The notes beneath the pieces are model-generated. The model made no database searches. It had not been told where the DNA came from and saw nothing but the letters and a program-made list of their open reading frames with translations. Position numbers and translations under genes: made by a program. Positions 44,251 to 56,424 of a stretch of DNA of 64,000 nt are shown piece by piece. Positions within the stretch are counted from its first letter, which is position 1. Every line of letters starts with the position of its first letter. Source of the DNA: Trichosphaerium sp. ATCC 40318 (lineage: Eukaryota > Protista > Tubulinea); contig JALMLS010000572.1 of NCBI GenBank assembly GCA_038496445.1, positions 12,937 through 76,936 of the forward strand, given 5' to 3'.

Positions 44251-47200
44251 TTAGTACAAATGAGCAGGCGTAGGGCTTTGTTCACGAGATTTTGATGCAA
44301 TAGAAAGAGATGTCCTATTATTCTCCTCTTCACTAGCAACACTCATAGTAAGTGTATCTTCGTTTGTGTATTCATCTACAGAATCTAAACCAAAAGTCAG
44401 AAAAAAGTCACAAGTGATAAGTTTAAATACCAAGTTGAGTCGCTTTCTTACCTTCAGTGTCAAATCCCCTAGGCGGCATAGCAGGCATAGCAGACTTACG
44501 TCTGGGACGTGCTTCAGGATTCATTGATTTACGAGATAACCTCGTTGAGTACCGGACAGAAGACTTTTTATATAATAAATCGCTGGAAGAACCAGGATAA
44601 TTCATAGATGAAGAATACTGCATTTCTGCAGTTGCTCTACCCTTTGGTCGGCGTATTTGAGCCACAGACTGACTTCTCGGTGCAGAAATTTTGCTTGATC
44701 TCTTCTTTTTCCGTCGCGGTCTGAGCGGCATTACACCTTGTAGTCTTAACTGAAAAATGCTAGAGCCTTTCTGGTCAGAATAATCAGTCCAAAATATTCC
44801 ACCACTGGTAGTTAAAAATTTTATATTTGTTCCATTCTTCCCATTTGGTAGCCGTATTGTTTGTATTAAAGATCCATTCACAAGCGTACGCACTTCAACA
44901 TAATTTTGGGTAAAAGCTAGAACATAAGGAAGTACAACAACTACAAAAAAAATGAGCAAACAACATTGAAACAATAAAAACACATAAATATGTGTTGAGC
45001 TGTGCAACAAAAAAAAAAAGAAAATAAGCTCGTACCAAATGCGCTTGGCTTTGTCGAAAACTTCATCTCATAGTCACGACTCTCGCGGCCATACTGACGC
45101 ACAAACGTGCCTCTATCTAATAGAAATATTAACAAAAAAATTGACATTATTTGTGCTGAACTTACTATCGAATAATAGCACTACTTCGTTCCTATCCAGT
45201 GTCACAGCATCAATAGGTTCTATCCTTGTTTCTGAGGAAAACAGATCATGCATTTCAATACGGTCAATATCAATAAATGAAAACCGAGTAGCAAAGCCTA
45301 CGACTAAGCCACCAAATCCAAAATTTATAGTAAGCGGCCTGTCCTTTAAGCGAACATTGACAGGTGTTTGTTTGAAGTTATCTTGCACCCACTGATATAA
45401 AGTGAGGCGAGATTTAGTTGCTATACATAAAAATAGACTACTTCCAATAGTGCCTAACGTAAACTTTACACAAGATCTTGTGTTTTGCAATGTAAATGCT
45501 AGAACGAAAAGTCAACTCAGCATCATCATTTAAAAAGAAAAAAAAAGAAATGGATGAAAATCTACACCACTTACCAAGTGGCTTTTTCTTCCCCTGTGCA
45601 GCATCAAGTAAGGAAGATAAATCATATATTACAATGCCAGTCTAATCAAAAAATTAATAACAAAACAAATAAAAAGTATGATATTACCTTGTAAACAAGA
45701 GTGACAACAATCCGCAGTGCTGCGACAACAGTGATTTGTTTAAAGTACAAAAGTCGCTTTGTATAATTAGGTATAGGAATAGGTTTAATATTCCGACGAG
45801 AAGAGAGTTTGCCACCTGAAACAGACGGCTCAAAAATGTACAATCCCGACTTTGTTCCAATAAACATAAAACTCCCTATAACACAAGTAAGAAAAAGAAT
45901 GATAAAGGTCTATTGCTTTGTACAAAACCAAACGCACCCCAAGTATCACAACACTGTATTTGATGCTGGAATCCTTTGACTATAGCTCGTGTATGAAAAA
46001 CAGCAGCCTCTTCCTTACTTTCCTTTCCCCAGCTCGTTATTTTAGCTTTTTGTTCTTTCAAGTGCTTTTGAGTCCTACGCTCGCTTTTTCGCTCTTCTTT
46101 GTTTTTTACCATTGGCGATCCAATCCGTTTCGTTGAAGAGCTTGGAAACAACGAAAAAATCTCCTGCAGAGTTTCCGAAATAATACTTGAAGTGCTGAAT
46201 GATGGTGCTGAGCGATACGCCTCACGCTCGCCGTTAATCAACTTAGCAAGCATGAATTGCTTTAGCAAGTCACTATGCGGGAAACTTGGTGGGTTGGGCA
46301 ATGGTGGGTGAAACGGTTTGACACTTGATTTTATAGAAAAGCCAACATTGTAAGAGCCTTTCTCTGTAGGCCGTATCACAAGATAAATATGCGGGAACTT
46401 TGAGGAAAGTGTATCAGGGCACCATGAGTACGTAGTACCATAATCCTGGAACACAATAACCTATAATAAAGCATTAGTTTCGCATGTAATTTTTTTATTT
46501 TTTTCTGTAATTTAGACAGTGAACGTACTGCAATATCATTACCAATATGCCTCTTTCGTTCCAACTGCTGAGAATCACCAGAACAAAAAGGAATTAATGT
46601 AGACACATGGAACATAATCTCATAGCCACTGTATTTTGTATAAATAGAGTGTGTACCACTACGGTCAGCTATTCAGCATTGATTAGCATTCTAAGATGTC
46701 AATTCATCGCGTACCTCCTGTATTATCCAAACCAGCACAGAAGCCATCGAACGCATTGAGTTTTACCTTTTTACCAAGCAACGATAAAAACTTTGTAAAC
46801 TGAGGGCTAGGGTTGCTGTTACCGAACATTTGCTCTTCGGTGGTCTGTCCAGGTTTTGCGTAAAGCACACCAAACTTATACGCGCGTTTTGCCTAAACGG
46901 TCACCGTTAGCTTTGATTTAAGCGAAATGGAAGTTTTGAAATAAAAAAAACCCAAAAAAAAACTTGTCTGTTGCCAATAATGTCGTACGCTTTGCAATTC
47001 TAGCGACAGCAACTCTTTTTGCATTTTAATATCGCGAATTAGACGTAATTTACGCCGGTTCAAACGAGGGCGCATTCTCCTGACAATGTCGCTAGCTGCC
47101 ACTCTGCCCTTCATTGTGAGGCACAAACGTTCTAATCCCTGTAGTAGAATTGAGACTCTACAATTTGCAGAAAATAAAATAATACCGTTGGCAGCCATAA

Positions 47201-47636
47201 AATAACGCGATATTGCCTATCATCTTCCTTGCGGTAGCTCAAAGCGTATGGGCCAATTTGATCGTCAAGTCCGAGAAAGTTATGATGTTCTAAGCCATGT
47301 TAGAGCTATAGCATACAGTTTTATAATATTTCAGGACAATAAATGTTTTAGTTGCTGGAATAAGGTATAAAAACAGCAACCGACACACTCCACTCTACAA
47401 AAAGCGCCAGTGCATTGTAGTTCTGTTTTTGGCCATTATTAAAGCAAAACCTGCGTTGGTGCCGAATTTGTGTAGATCAGTTGCGTACCAGTGGCAACGA
47501 AGTATTTTGAATACCACAACACATCCTCTTCCTTATTTTCTATTACTGCAGGGTGATAAATATCTCTAGATGTAGAACCGGAGCCATCCTCCACCCGCCA
47601 GTTGTTTGTGTGTGCACATAATGGTGCGCGGTCCAT
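44251..47636 (-). CDS. RapGAP plus CNH domain protein (GARNL3-like)
   Basis: [41 protein letters not shown] (Asn thumb intact) and KLINGER, followed by CNH-like beta segments ([26 protein letters not shown]). Confidence 0.9.
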
Positions 47637-48105
47637 CGTTGACAAAAAAAAAAAGAATTTACGTTCTATGCCAACAACATATGACTGGGGCGATGGCTAT
47701 ACAAATACGCTTGTTGGTATGTTGTCTAAATTTACGTTACAGATGAAGTGAGTCAAGCACTTTCCTTATGCAATTGGAATTTAAAACATTTCGTAGTTTA
47801 ATGTCCGTAAAAGGGCAACGTTAAACCCAACAACAAAGCGGCAATGAACTCTCAACAGCGTAATTTACTAAAATAGCATGCCTTATGTAAATTGAGCTCC
47901 GTACAACTTGTGCAATACTCAAAAAATGGTATAGGGCGTTAGGTAGTTAACCTTTTGTCTGTGAACAACGTTAGTTTCCTAAAAACGAACATGTAGCTTC
48001 AACAACCTCAAAGACAGCTAAGGCTATGCAATCTATCTATAGCTGGAATTTAACGTCTCGAAAGCTATTTCTAAAGGGTTTTTTATTATTTAAACACGTG
48101 CAATA

Positions 48106-50319
48106 TTACTCTGTAGGTTGTTTTAGAAGCATAGCTATCAACCTCTTATTGTTTTGTTCTACTAATTTTAACGGAAGAGTGCTGAGATACAGTGAATATA
48201 ACTCGTAGCATCGCACATTTTTGTCTCCAGGGAATAGGTTCAACTGAAGTTTTTTATAAAAATGACGGTTTATCGGTTGTTTATGGTCTGTATTGATTGG
48301 TTTCTCTATGCGTCGCTTGCCATTAGAATCCTCAAACCTATTCTTTCCTTAATACAATAAATACCATATAAGCGCACCATAGTTTATAAGAGTATTGGAA
48401 TTTACCAACCTGCATGACCATGTCAAAATACCCTTACAAAAAGTTAGCAAAAGTACACTATTGATATCGTCTTACCAAGAGATAAAAACTCTTGTGCTTG
48501 GTAACACATATCCCACACTCTCTCTTTTATAACTCCCGGTTGTGTCAACTCAAAATCTGTCTTTGATGGGCACTTGTTTCCAATTAAATGCGAGATACTT
48601 GGCGCAAGGACACGGTTGAAAGTACGATCAACCAAGATGAAATGTATTATGCCAGGTAGCTAAAATGATCTATGTTACTTCTTAATGTCTTATTTGAGGC
48701 GTACCCTGTGGATGTATGAAATCATAGTAAAACTCTTATCCAAACTCATCATGTATCCAAGGTAATCAGAAGTAATGTTGTCACATAAATAATCAGACAT
48801 TGTCCTTAACTTTTGTTTCTCCTTGTCATCTCCTTTCTTCAAAACAGTCAAAATCACGTGACTTTTCTGAGAGCAACAAAAAAACAAACTAAAAAGGTGA
48901 GCGTACCAAATTATGACCAATAATTACGAGTGTAACGTTAGGTACAATTTCAATAACGTAAACCCAGTAAGGTCTATATTTTGGCGTCCGAAAGTAAAGT
49001 ATTTGAAAAACTGGCTCGGGTGGTTTAGGCGTTTGTTTTTCCTCCTTTTTCTTCTGCTGACCTTTTTCAGTAGACCTACGTTCTTCACTAGACCCTGAGT
49101 ACTCTATAACTAATTAAACAAATACTATAGAGTGCAGTAGTACCTGATCCTTGCTCTGAGCCTGGATTTCCAGTGAAAAATGTCAAGAATCCTGGAGTGT
49201 TTGGTGCAGTTGTGTATTCGTCACTCACTTCTTCCCTGGATTCAGAATGCGAATCTGCGTCTGGTGTCACTTGAGACTGGTTTAACTCGCCAGTATCTAG
49301 TGGACATTCATTTGAATTAGCCTCTTCGCTTTTGGACGCTTCGTCCTCTTGCTTTTTTTCTTCGTTTTTAGCTCTTCTTTCTGGACTCAGTATTAACTTG
49401 TTATTTTATGTAAGCTCCCGTACTTTTGGGGTGAAATCGAGATGTAAGAAAGAGAATGAGCAAGAATAAATCAGCACTGCTGAGGGGAAATGATTTTTGA
49501 CTACTGTACTGTGACATTAACTTGGTTCCAACAAATAACAGGCCATGAGCTACCTATACAACAAACTAAGAAGGATTTAAACACGTGAAACATACACTAA
49601 TACCAGGGAACATATTCATTGCTTGTTTTAAATAACGGTAACACCTAGTGAGCGTTAGCAACCAAGCAACACAACCTCGTAAAAAATAGGAACTGACCCG
49701 TTTTTAACTTCGTTTTTAGTATTGATAAATCTCATTATCTCTTCTATAGACTAGTATACTAATCAGATACATGGTGATTACACGATAAAATGTACCTGCA
49801 CTAAAAAACTCTGTTTTTCCTCACAAAGATGACACATCGTGTCTACAGCGTTTGCAAAATGCTTTTGCCGCCTTGCTGACGCTCAGTTATAACGTTTAGA
49901 GTGCTTGCGTACCGTTGTAAATTGATTATGTGGTTTCTGTCATGTAGCTTTGATGGTCCAATTTCTAAAAGCAAAAGTTCGTGTACGAGCTCTAATTGAC
50001 TGCGCAGAAAAGCTTCAGACTCCCCTAGTGTCGATTTAGTCTTTTAAGTGGAAAATTCTGACGTACCCTCGTTACTAACAGCCAACAATGATACGTCGCC
50101 ATCCTTAGAGCGTGTGAGCTATATGTCACGTATAAAACGTGAACGCACTTGTAAAAATGCCATTTTAGTGCCGTCTATACTTCTAACTGATGAATAATAC
50201 TGCTTCAGCCTTTCCGACGCGAAACTTTGAGCTGTGGAGAGTACAAACGTAAGTACTTCATTTTTGTGATCAGTATAGATGGCATTGCCAGTATCATCAG
50301 CCACAAAGAATAGCTTCAT
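48106..50319 (-). CDS. HPS1: Hermansky-Pudlak syndrome 1 homolog (BLOC-3 longin-type Rab GEF subunit)
   Basis: Longin-like N-terminus, PGIIHFILVDRTFNRVLAPSI, VWDMCYQAQEFLSLGY, FQYSYKLWFED and VRCYELYSLYLSTLP match remembered HPS1 C-terminal motifs. Confidence 0.85.
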
Positions 50320-50445
50320 GGTAGACAAGCTTTCTACGGTTTCACGCGAAGTTAACTGCTGGACAATTTAAAAATTGACCAAAGTACGACCAAAATACAT
50401 TGTATTCCGACTCTGTTGTGTAGATTATACAAACAGCGTGCAATC

Positions 50446-51984
50446 ATGACAGCGGCAAGAGAGATGAAGATTTTTAGCGGTAAAGCCAATGTGTCTTTTG
50501 CCAAACAAGTTGTTCGCGTTCTTGGTACTCCTCTTGGCAAGGCAAGAACCACCAATTTCAACGACGGCGAAACTAGGTACAAATTAGCGACTACATTGTC
50601 ATAAATAACAGAATAGAGTTCAAATAGGCGAAAATGTGCGAGGATGTGATGTATTTGTAATACAGGTGACATAAAGCAATTATTACGAAGCCTTACCCAA
50701 AATGTTAGCCAACTTGCCCTCCGGTGAATGATAACCTCATGGAGCTATTGATCATGCTAGATGCACTGCGTCGTGCTTCTGTAGAACGTATTACAGCAGT
50801 CATCCCTTACTTTGGTACGTTGCCAAACAAGAATTCCATGTCTCACAGTCTTCAGGTTATGGACGCCAAGACCGTACGTTTTCCACTTCTAGTGTGTACA
50901 ATTGCGAATGCAACATTAGGGAAACACGGATCCAGAGAGCCGATAACAGCGAAGGTAAGCATTCAAAAATAGCAAATTGAATAGCCTTATTTAGTTCTTT
51001 TTTTTTTAGTTGGTTGCAGACCTTTTGGTGGCAGCTGGTCCTCAAAGATTTCTCTTCTTGGATCTTCATGCTGATCAAATACAAGGATTCTTTAACGCAC
51101 CAGTAGATAACTTATTACCGGATACTCTTATCGCTGAATACATTCAATCAAAGGTACTGAAAAATATTTTGATTTGTTTAATTGTTTTTTGACACCTCTA
51201 AGAACATAGAAGCTCAAAATATTGTTATTGTTACTCCTGATGTCGGTGGAGCTCGCCGTGCTCGTCGTATTGCCAAGTATGCGTCTATTGAGTTGTATGA
51301 GATGTCTTAACTCTTGTTTGCTTTATAGAATTGTTGGAGCGAAGATGGCGCTTCTTGATACAAGAAAAGAAAATGGCAAATATGTCAGCAACGTTGTTGG
51401 CAAAATTGAAGGTATACACCGTAATGGGTAGTTAAAAAACCGGTAACCTGTGAGTAGAATGTGCCATTATTATTGATGATATCATTGATACTGGAAATCG
51501 TATTGTGGCTGCAAGTACACAATTAAAGGAACATGGAGCGCAACGTATTTTTGCATGGGCAACGCACGCTGTATTTTCAAGTGACATGCAAAACGTTCAA
51601 GATAGTTGGTGCGCAGATTTGTTTAAATCAGCTTTGTACATGTATTTTAACAATCCTTTTCTAGTCTCGATGAAGTTGTGGTTACTGATTCCATACCAGT
51701 ACGTTTTTCTTATCAAAGGACTAACCTGTGATAATTTTTTACTGTATTTGTACTCAAATGTTTCTTTTACTCAAAAAAACAAAAAGGTTCCTGAAAAGAA
51801 GCGTTTTGAGAAACTACGCATCCAATCTATTGCTCCATTAATGGCCGAAGCAATAAGACGTATTCATAACGAAGAAAGTATTCAAATGTTCTTCACTGGT
51901 CCTGTACGTTGCGAAATACTAGTTTTTTGTTTTCTTTTTTTTTACCTGACATGAATGTCATTTTAGATCCAAATGACCAACTAA
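50446..51984 (+). CDS. Ribose-phosphate pyrophosphokinase (PRPS) family protein, possibly non-catalytic
   Basis: [51 protein letters not shown] and ATHAVFS are present. The catalytic loop and R5P loop are altered. Confidence 0.92.
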
Positions 51985-52235
51985 AAAGATGATTCTATAA
52001 TTCCTACCGCTACACATGGTATTCATTCAATAGTTCATTGACGTAATGTATTTTGTCTGACAAAACAGTACAAGGAATTTTGTCATGTAAACAACCAGTC
52101 AACATTAAAAAAAAAACAATCAAAAAGTCAAAATATTTCGGTGTCAACTTTCTGTAAAATATTTGCAAGTTGTACATACTGTAGAGAATCACTATTAGCC
52201 AATTCGAAACGGTTGTTTATACCGTGACGTAAAAC

Positions 52236-53723
52236 ATGCACACGTTTACAGTCAAAAAACCACGGAAGCCTACCACGTCTGCTGTCACTAAAATGCTTGT
52301 TTTACAAGTAATATTGATTGTTGCGTACTTATTGTGGGTGAGAGCAACTTCTACAGTCGAAGAACCGACGGAACCACCTACGCCTATACCAGTACGCGAA
52401 GCTAAGCGGCTACAAGGTAATTTATATCAAAGAACCATTGAGTGGCATTCTAAGGTTCGTTGTGGAATCACAGCGTTATAATTATGCGGTTTAACATGTC
52501 TGTAGCAATCAAAACGCAGAGATTTACGCGAGTCGTTGTACGGGGAGTGGATATGGGTAGTTAACGAGGACAGGGCACGTTTCTTTTATTTCAAGCTCAC
52601 TAGTGACACGTACTATGTGGCTGACATGTAGATGTCATTGAAAAACAAAAATCTTGCTATTACAACTGACATTTTGCTAGGATGGAGCTAAGAGTGCAAA
52701 AGATTATTATGATGGAAATAAAGTCTGCGCTAGTGGTGGAGAAACGTACTCCGATTCTGAATTAAACGGTACGTTATTGAACTAATGCACTCACTTTGCT
52801 AAAATTATGGCAGGCTCTAAACTACCAGAAAGAGCAAAAATAGTCAATAAAATAATAGAAGAAGCGAAGCTCACATCCACTAGCAAAGTTTTTGAGGTAA
52901 CGTTTACAGTATTCTAGAGCGATTATAACGATTAACAAATATGCGTCCAGGTCGGCTACGCTTGTGGTGCTTGGGATAATGATTTAAAGAAAGCACTACC
53001 CGGTATTAGCATTGGTGGCATCGATTTTTCAAGTACTAGAAAACCATCAAATTAATAATCATGCTGATTACTTAATCTAGCTCATCACTACGATTTTGTT
53101 ACCGAGACTCATCCAGATGGTAACCCCTTTTTTTATGGTCAATCATAAAGTCTAACGGTTTTATACTAGGTGATTGGTATTTAGGTGATATGCGTTTACT
53201 AGGGAAAATAGTAAAGAAAAGAGAATACTTTGATATGGTTTTTACTTGGGGTGTAATTCAATTGGTAAATCATCCAGGTGCGTTGTTCAGTTTTATTTAT
53301 CTTGTATTTGCTTCAATATCTAAATCTACTACTAGAGGAGGTTTGTGAAATAGCGAGGGATATGTATGATATGGTAAAGGTGAGTACACATCATCGTGAT
53401 ATTGTATTTTGATTTTTTGTATTTCGCGTAGCCAGGAGGAACTATGTGGATTGGACTGAATGAGGAGATTGAGAATTGTAGAACGTCAGATTACTACTGG
53501 GGCTGGATATTGCTTCCAGACCAATTTTGGTACGTCGAGAGTAGATAGTGGATTTTGTAGAGTTCTAACTTAAATTCATAGGGAGCATTGCTTCCGTGAC
53601 ATTGACGAAAATGTAGTTGTTAAATATCACTTTGAAACTGAGTACTTTGGCTTGACAGAGCCTGTGTATTGCACAGATACTGATACAATACTCATAGCCA
53701 AGCCTATGCGCGAACAAGTATAA
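52236..53723 (+). CDS. Class I SAM-dependent methyltransferase with an N-terminal membrane anchor
   Basis: TM segment MLVLQVILIVAYLLWV, then KVFEVGYACG, GGIDFS, GDM, FDMVFTWGV and MVKPGGTMWIG. Confidence 0.75.
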
Positions 53724-53801
53724 ACTTTAGGCGTTGTAGAGTGTACATTAGGCAAGAAAAGCATAAAACAATAAAAACCCAAAACAACTTAAACTAAAAA
53801 G

Positions 53802-56265
53802 ATGTTAAGTCAATTGTTTGCTGTGAGTTACACTTTCGTATGCTGTTCGCTACTTCAAAGGTAGTAAATACTGGATTGCTTAGAACACGTTGTACAAAAT
53901 CACGAAATAAGTCCTATACATCTAGACAATCAAGAAATGCCTCCTCGTACGATGTGGTAGTTGTTGGTGGAGGACATGCTGGTTCTGAAGCCGCCCACGC
54001 GTCAGCGCGTTGTGGAGCAAAAACTTTGTTATTGACGCATAAAAAGAGCACCATTGGTACGTCAGCACATCCAAAACGATACAAACACGTATTAGGTGTA
54101 ATGTCATGTAACCCTAGCATTGGTGGGGTTGGAAAAGGCCATTTAGTGCGCGAAATAGATGCTTTGGGCGGTATTATGGGTATTGCAGCTGATAAGGCTG
54201 GTATTCATTTCAAAATGTTAAATCAAACTAAGTGCGTACCCAAAATGCTTAGTTTATCTTATTACGCGTAGAGGAGCCGCTGTGCAAGGTCCAAGGTGTC
54301 AAGCTGATAGAACAATTTATCGTGACTCAATCCAGTCGCTTCTAAATGAATGTCCCAACCTGACTATATCTGAAGGTGGTTGCGAAGATTTAATTGTTAA
54401 GAATGAATCAATTTTGGGTGTTGTCACAGGGAGTGGAGAAACAGTAAATACAAAAAACGTTATAATCACAACAGGAACTTTTTTGCGAGGTGTTATACAT
54501 ATTGGTAAAAAGCGTGTCAAAGCAGGTAGGATAGATGATGATGCTAGTTATGGTCTTTGTAAGACATTCGAAGATGCAGGATTTGAGACAGCAAGGCTTA
54601 AAACAGGAACACCTCCAAGATTGGATGGAAAAACAATTAATTTTGATAATTTTGATGTTCAACATGGAGATGATGTACCAACTCCTTTTTCTTTTATGCA
54701 TAGTACAAATGATATACGTAACTCTAAGGTTTGTTGGATAACCAAAACAACACAAGAATCACATGATGTTATCCGTGAAAACTTGGATAAACAGCCTGAC
54801 TATGAAAGTGGTCTTGGTCCTAGATACTGTCCTAGTATTGAAACCAAGATTGCTAGGTTTCCTGATCGTACTCACTTTGTTTGGCTAGAGCCAGAAGGAC
54901 TTGATACAGATGTTATTTATCCAAATGGAATCTCAATATCGTTACCTGAAGAACAACAAATTCAGTTCATTCAAAAAATTCCTGGACTTGAGTCTTGTAA
55001 ATTAACACAATACGGTTATGCTGTAGAGTATGATTACGTAGACCCAAGGCAATTAATGCCTTCGCTTGAAACAAGGAAATTGAAAGGACTCTTCCTGGCA
55101 GGTCAAATAAATGGCACCACTGGGTACTAGCTAACGTCTTACAAAACAAACTAACAAATACAAGATATGAAGAAGCAGCAGCTCAAGGTATTGTTGCAGG
55201 AATTAACGCTGCTCAAAGCACAAAAGGGGAATCACCAATGATTCTGGATAGAGCTGATGGTTACACAGGTACTACAATCGCAGTTAGTGTAAATAAGACT
55301 TATTAACGTTAAGGTGTGTTAATTGATGATTTGGTTCGGCGAGGAACAAGCGAGCCGTATAGAATGTGCGCTTTATCTTTTGTTATGAGGTCGACGTATC
55401 TAATATTTACATAGGTTCACTAGTAGAGCGGAGTATAGACTATCTTTGAGAGCTGACAATGCTGACTTGAGGCTTACTGAGAAAGGTTGTCAATTTAGAT
55501 AGCTGTCTGCAAGGTGTCTTACTTTTTTTAGGTCACAAAATTGGGTTAGCCACAGATCAAAGACTTGAACAAATGCGCGCTAGAAAGGCACTAATTGAAA
55601 AGGGTATCAAACTGACTGAAGACACAAAAAAACTTGGTGAACACTGGAGTAAAGATTTAGATATTCCCGTTCAAAAGAATGTGTGGTATGTGCTTACACA
55701 GAACCGAACTCATTGTTATTGCTGAGTACCTTTGATTCATTTTTACTAGGATATCTGCGTTTGATATGCTGTCAAGGAAAGAGGTGAGCTGGGATGATGT
55801 TTTGAAAAGTTGGTAAGAATATCTTTATTTAGTTTTTGCTTCTGTGCTAGAAATGAGGTTCTAACATAGTTCAAAGCCCAGAAGTGAAAGATGTTGATGC
55901 CAATGTAAGAAACCACATTAAAACTGAAGCTGTGTATAAAGCGCCATTGCTGAGACAGCAACAAGAGATAAAACAGTTGCGAGAAGAAGGTACTGATTTG
56001 TTTTAAACCAAGTAAATTTATTGTTTCAATAGAGAGTTTTGTATTACCTCAGGATACAGATTACGAAGCTATCGGATTCTTGTCAATAGAAGATAAGGAA
56101 AAACTCCAAAAGTTCAAACCAGCCACTCTCGGCGCTGCCGCTCGTATACAAGGCGTAACGCCAGCTGGATTGTATGCATTGTACAAATACTTACACAACA
56201 ACAACGAAGCAGCATCCAAACCACATGCTAAGTTGCGTGTATTTCAAGACGAAGCTAAAATGTAA
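53802..56265 (+). CDS. MTO1: Mitochondrial tRNA U34 modification enzyme MTO1/MnmG (GidA)
   Basis: [76 protein letters not shown] and [14 protein letters not shown], with an Arg-rich presequence. Confidence 0.97.
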
Positions 56266-56424
56266 TTATATGGAAAAAACAAACAAAGATTTTTGACATC
56301 CTAAGGCAGGTGTCAAAATGTTCTCGCCTTATTCCTTTTTTTTTTTTTTTTTGCGGTGAGAATACGTTTGACGGCATTAAACTCACAGGGCATACAATTT
56401 GTTTAGAGAAGCGTACGGTACCAT

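Noticed and set aside
47291-47489. Second H/ACA snoRNA in the RapGAP first intron (hairpin followed by ACA)
   Set aside because: The hairpins are too short, lack pockets and have no box H between them. It is kept only as an example of a structured long intron.
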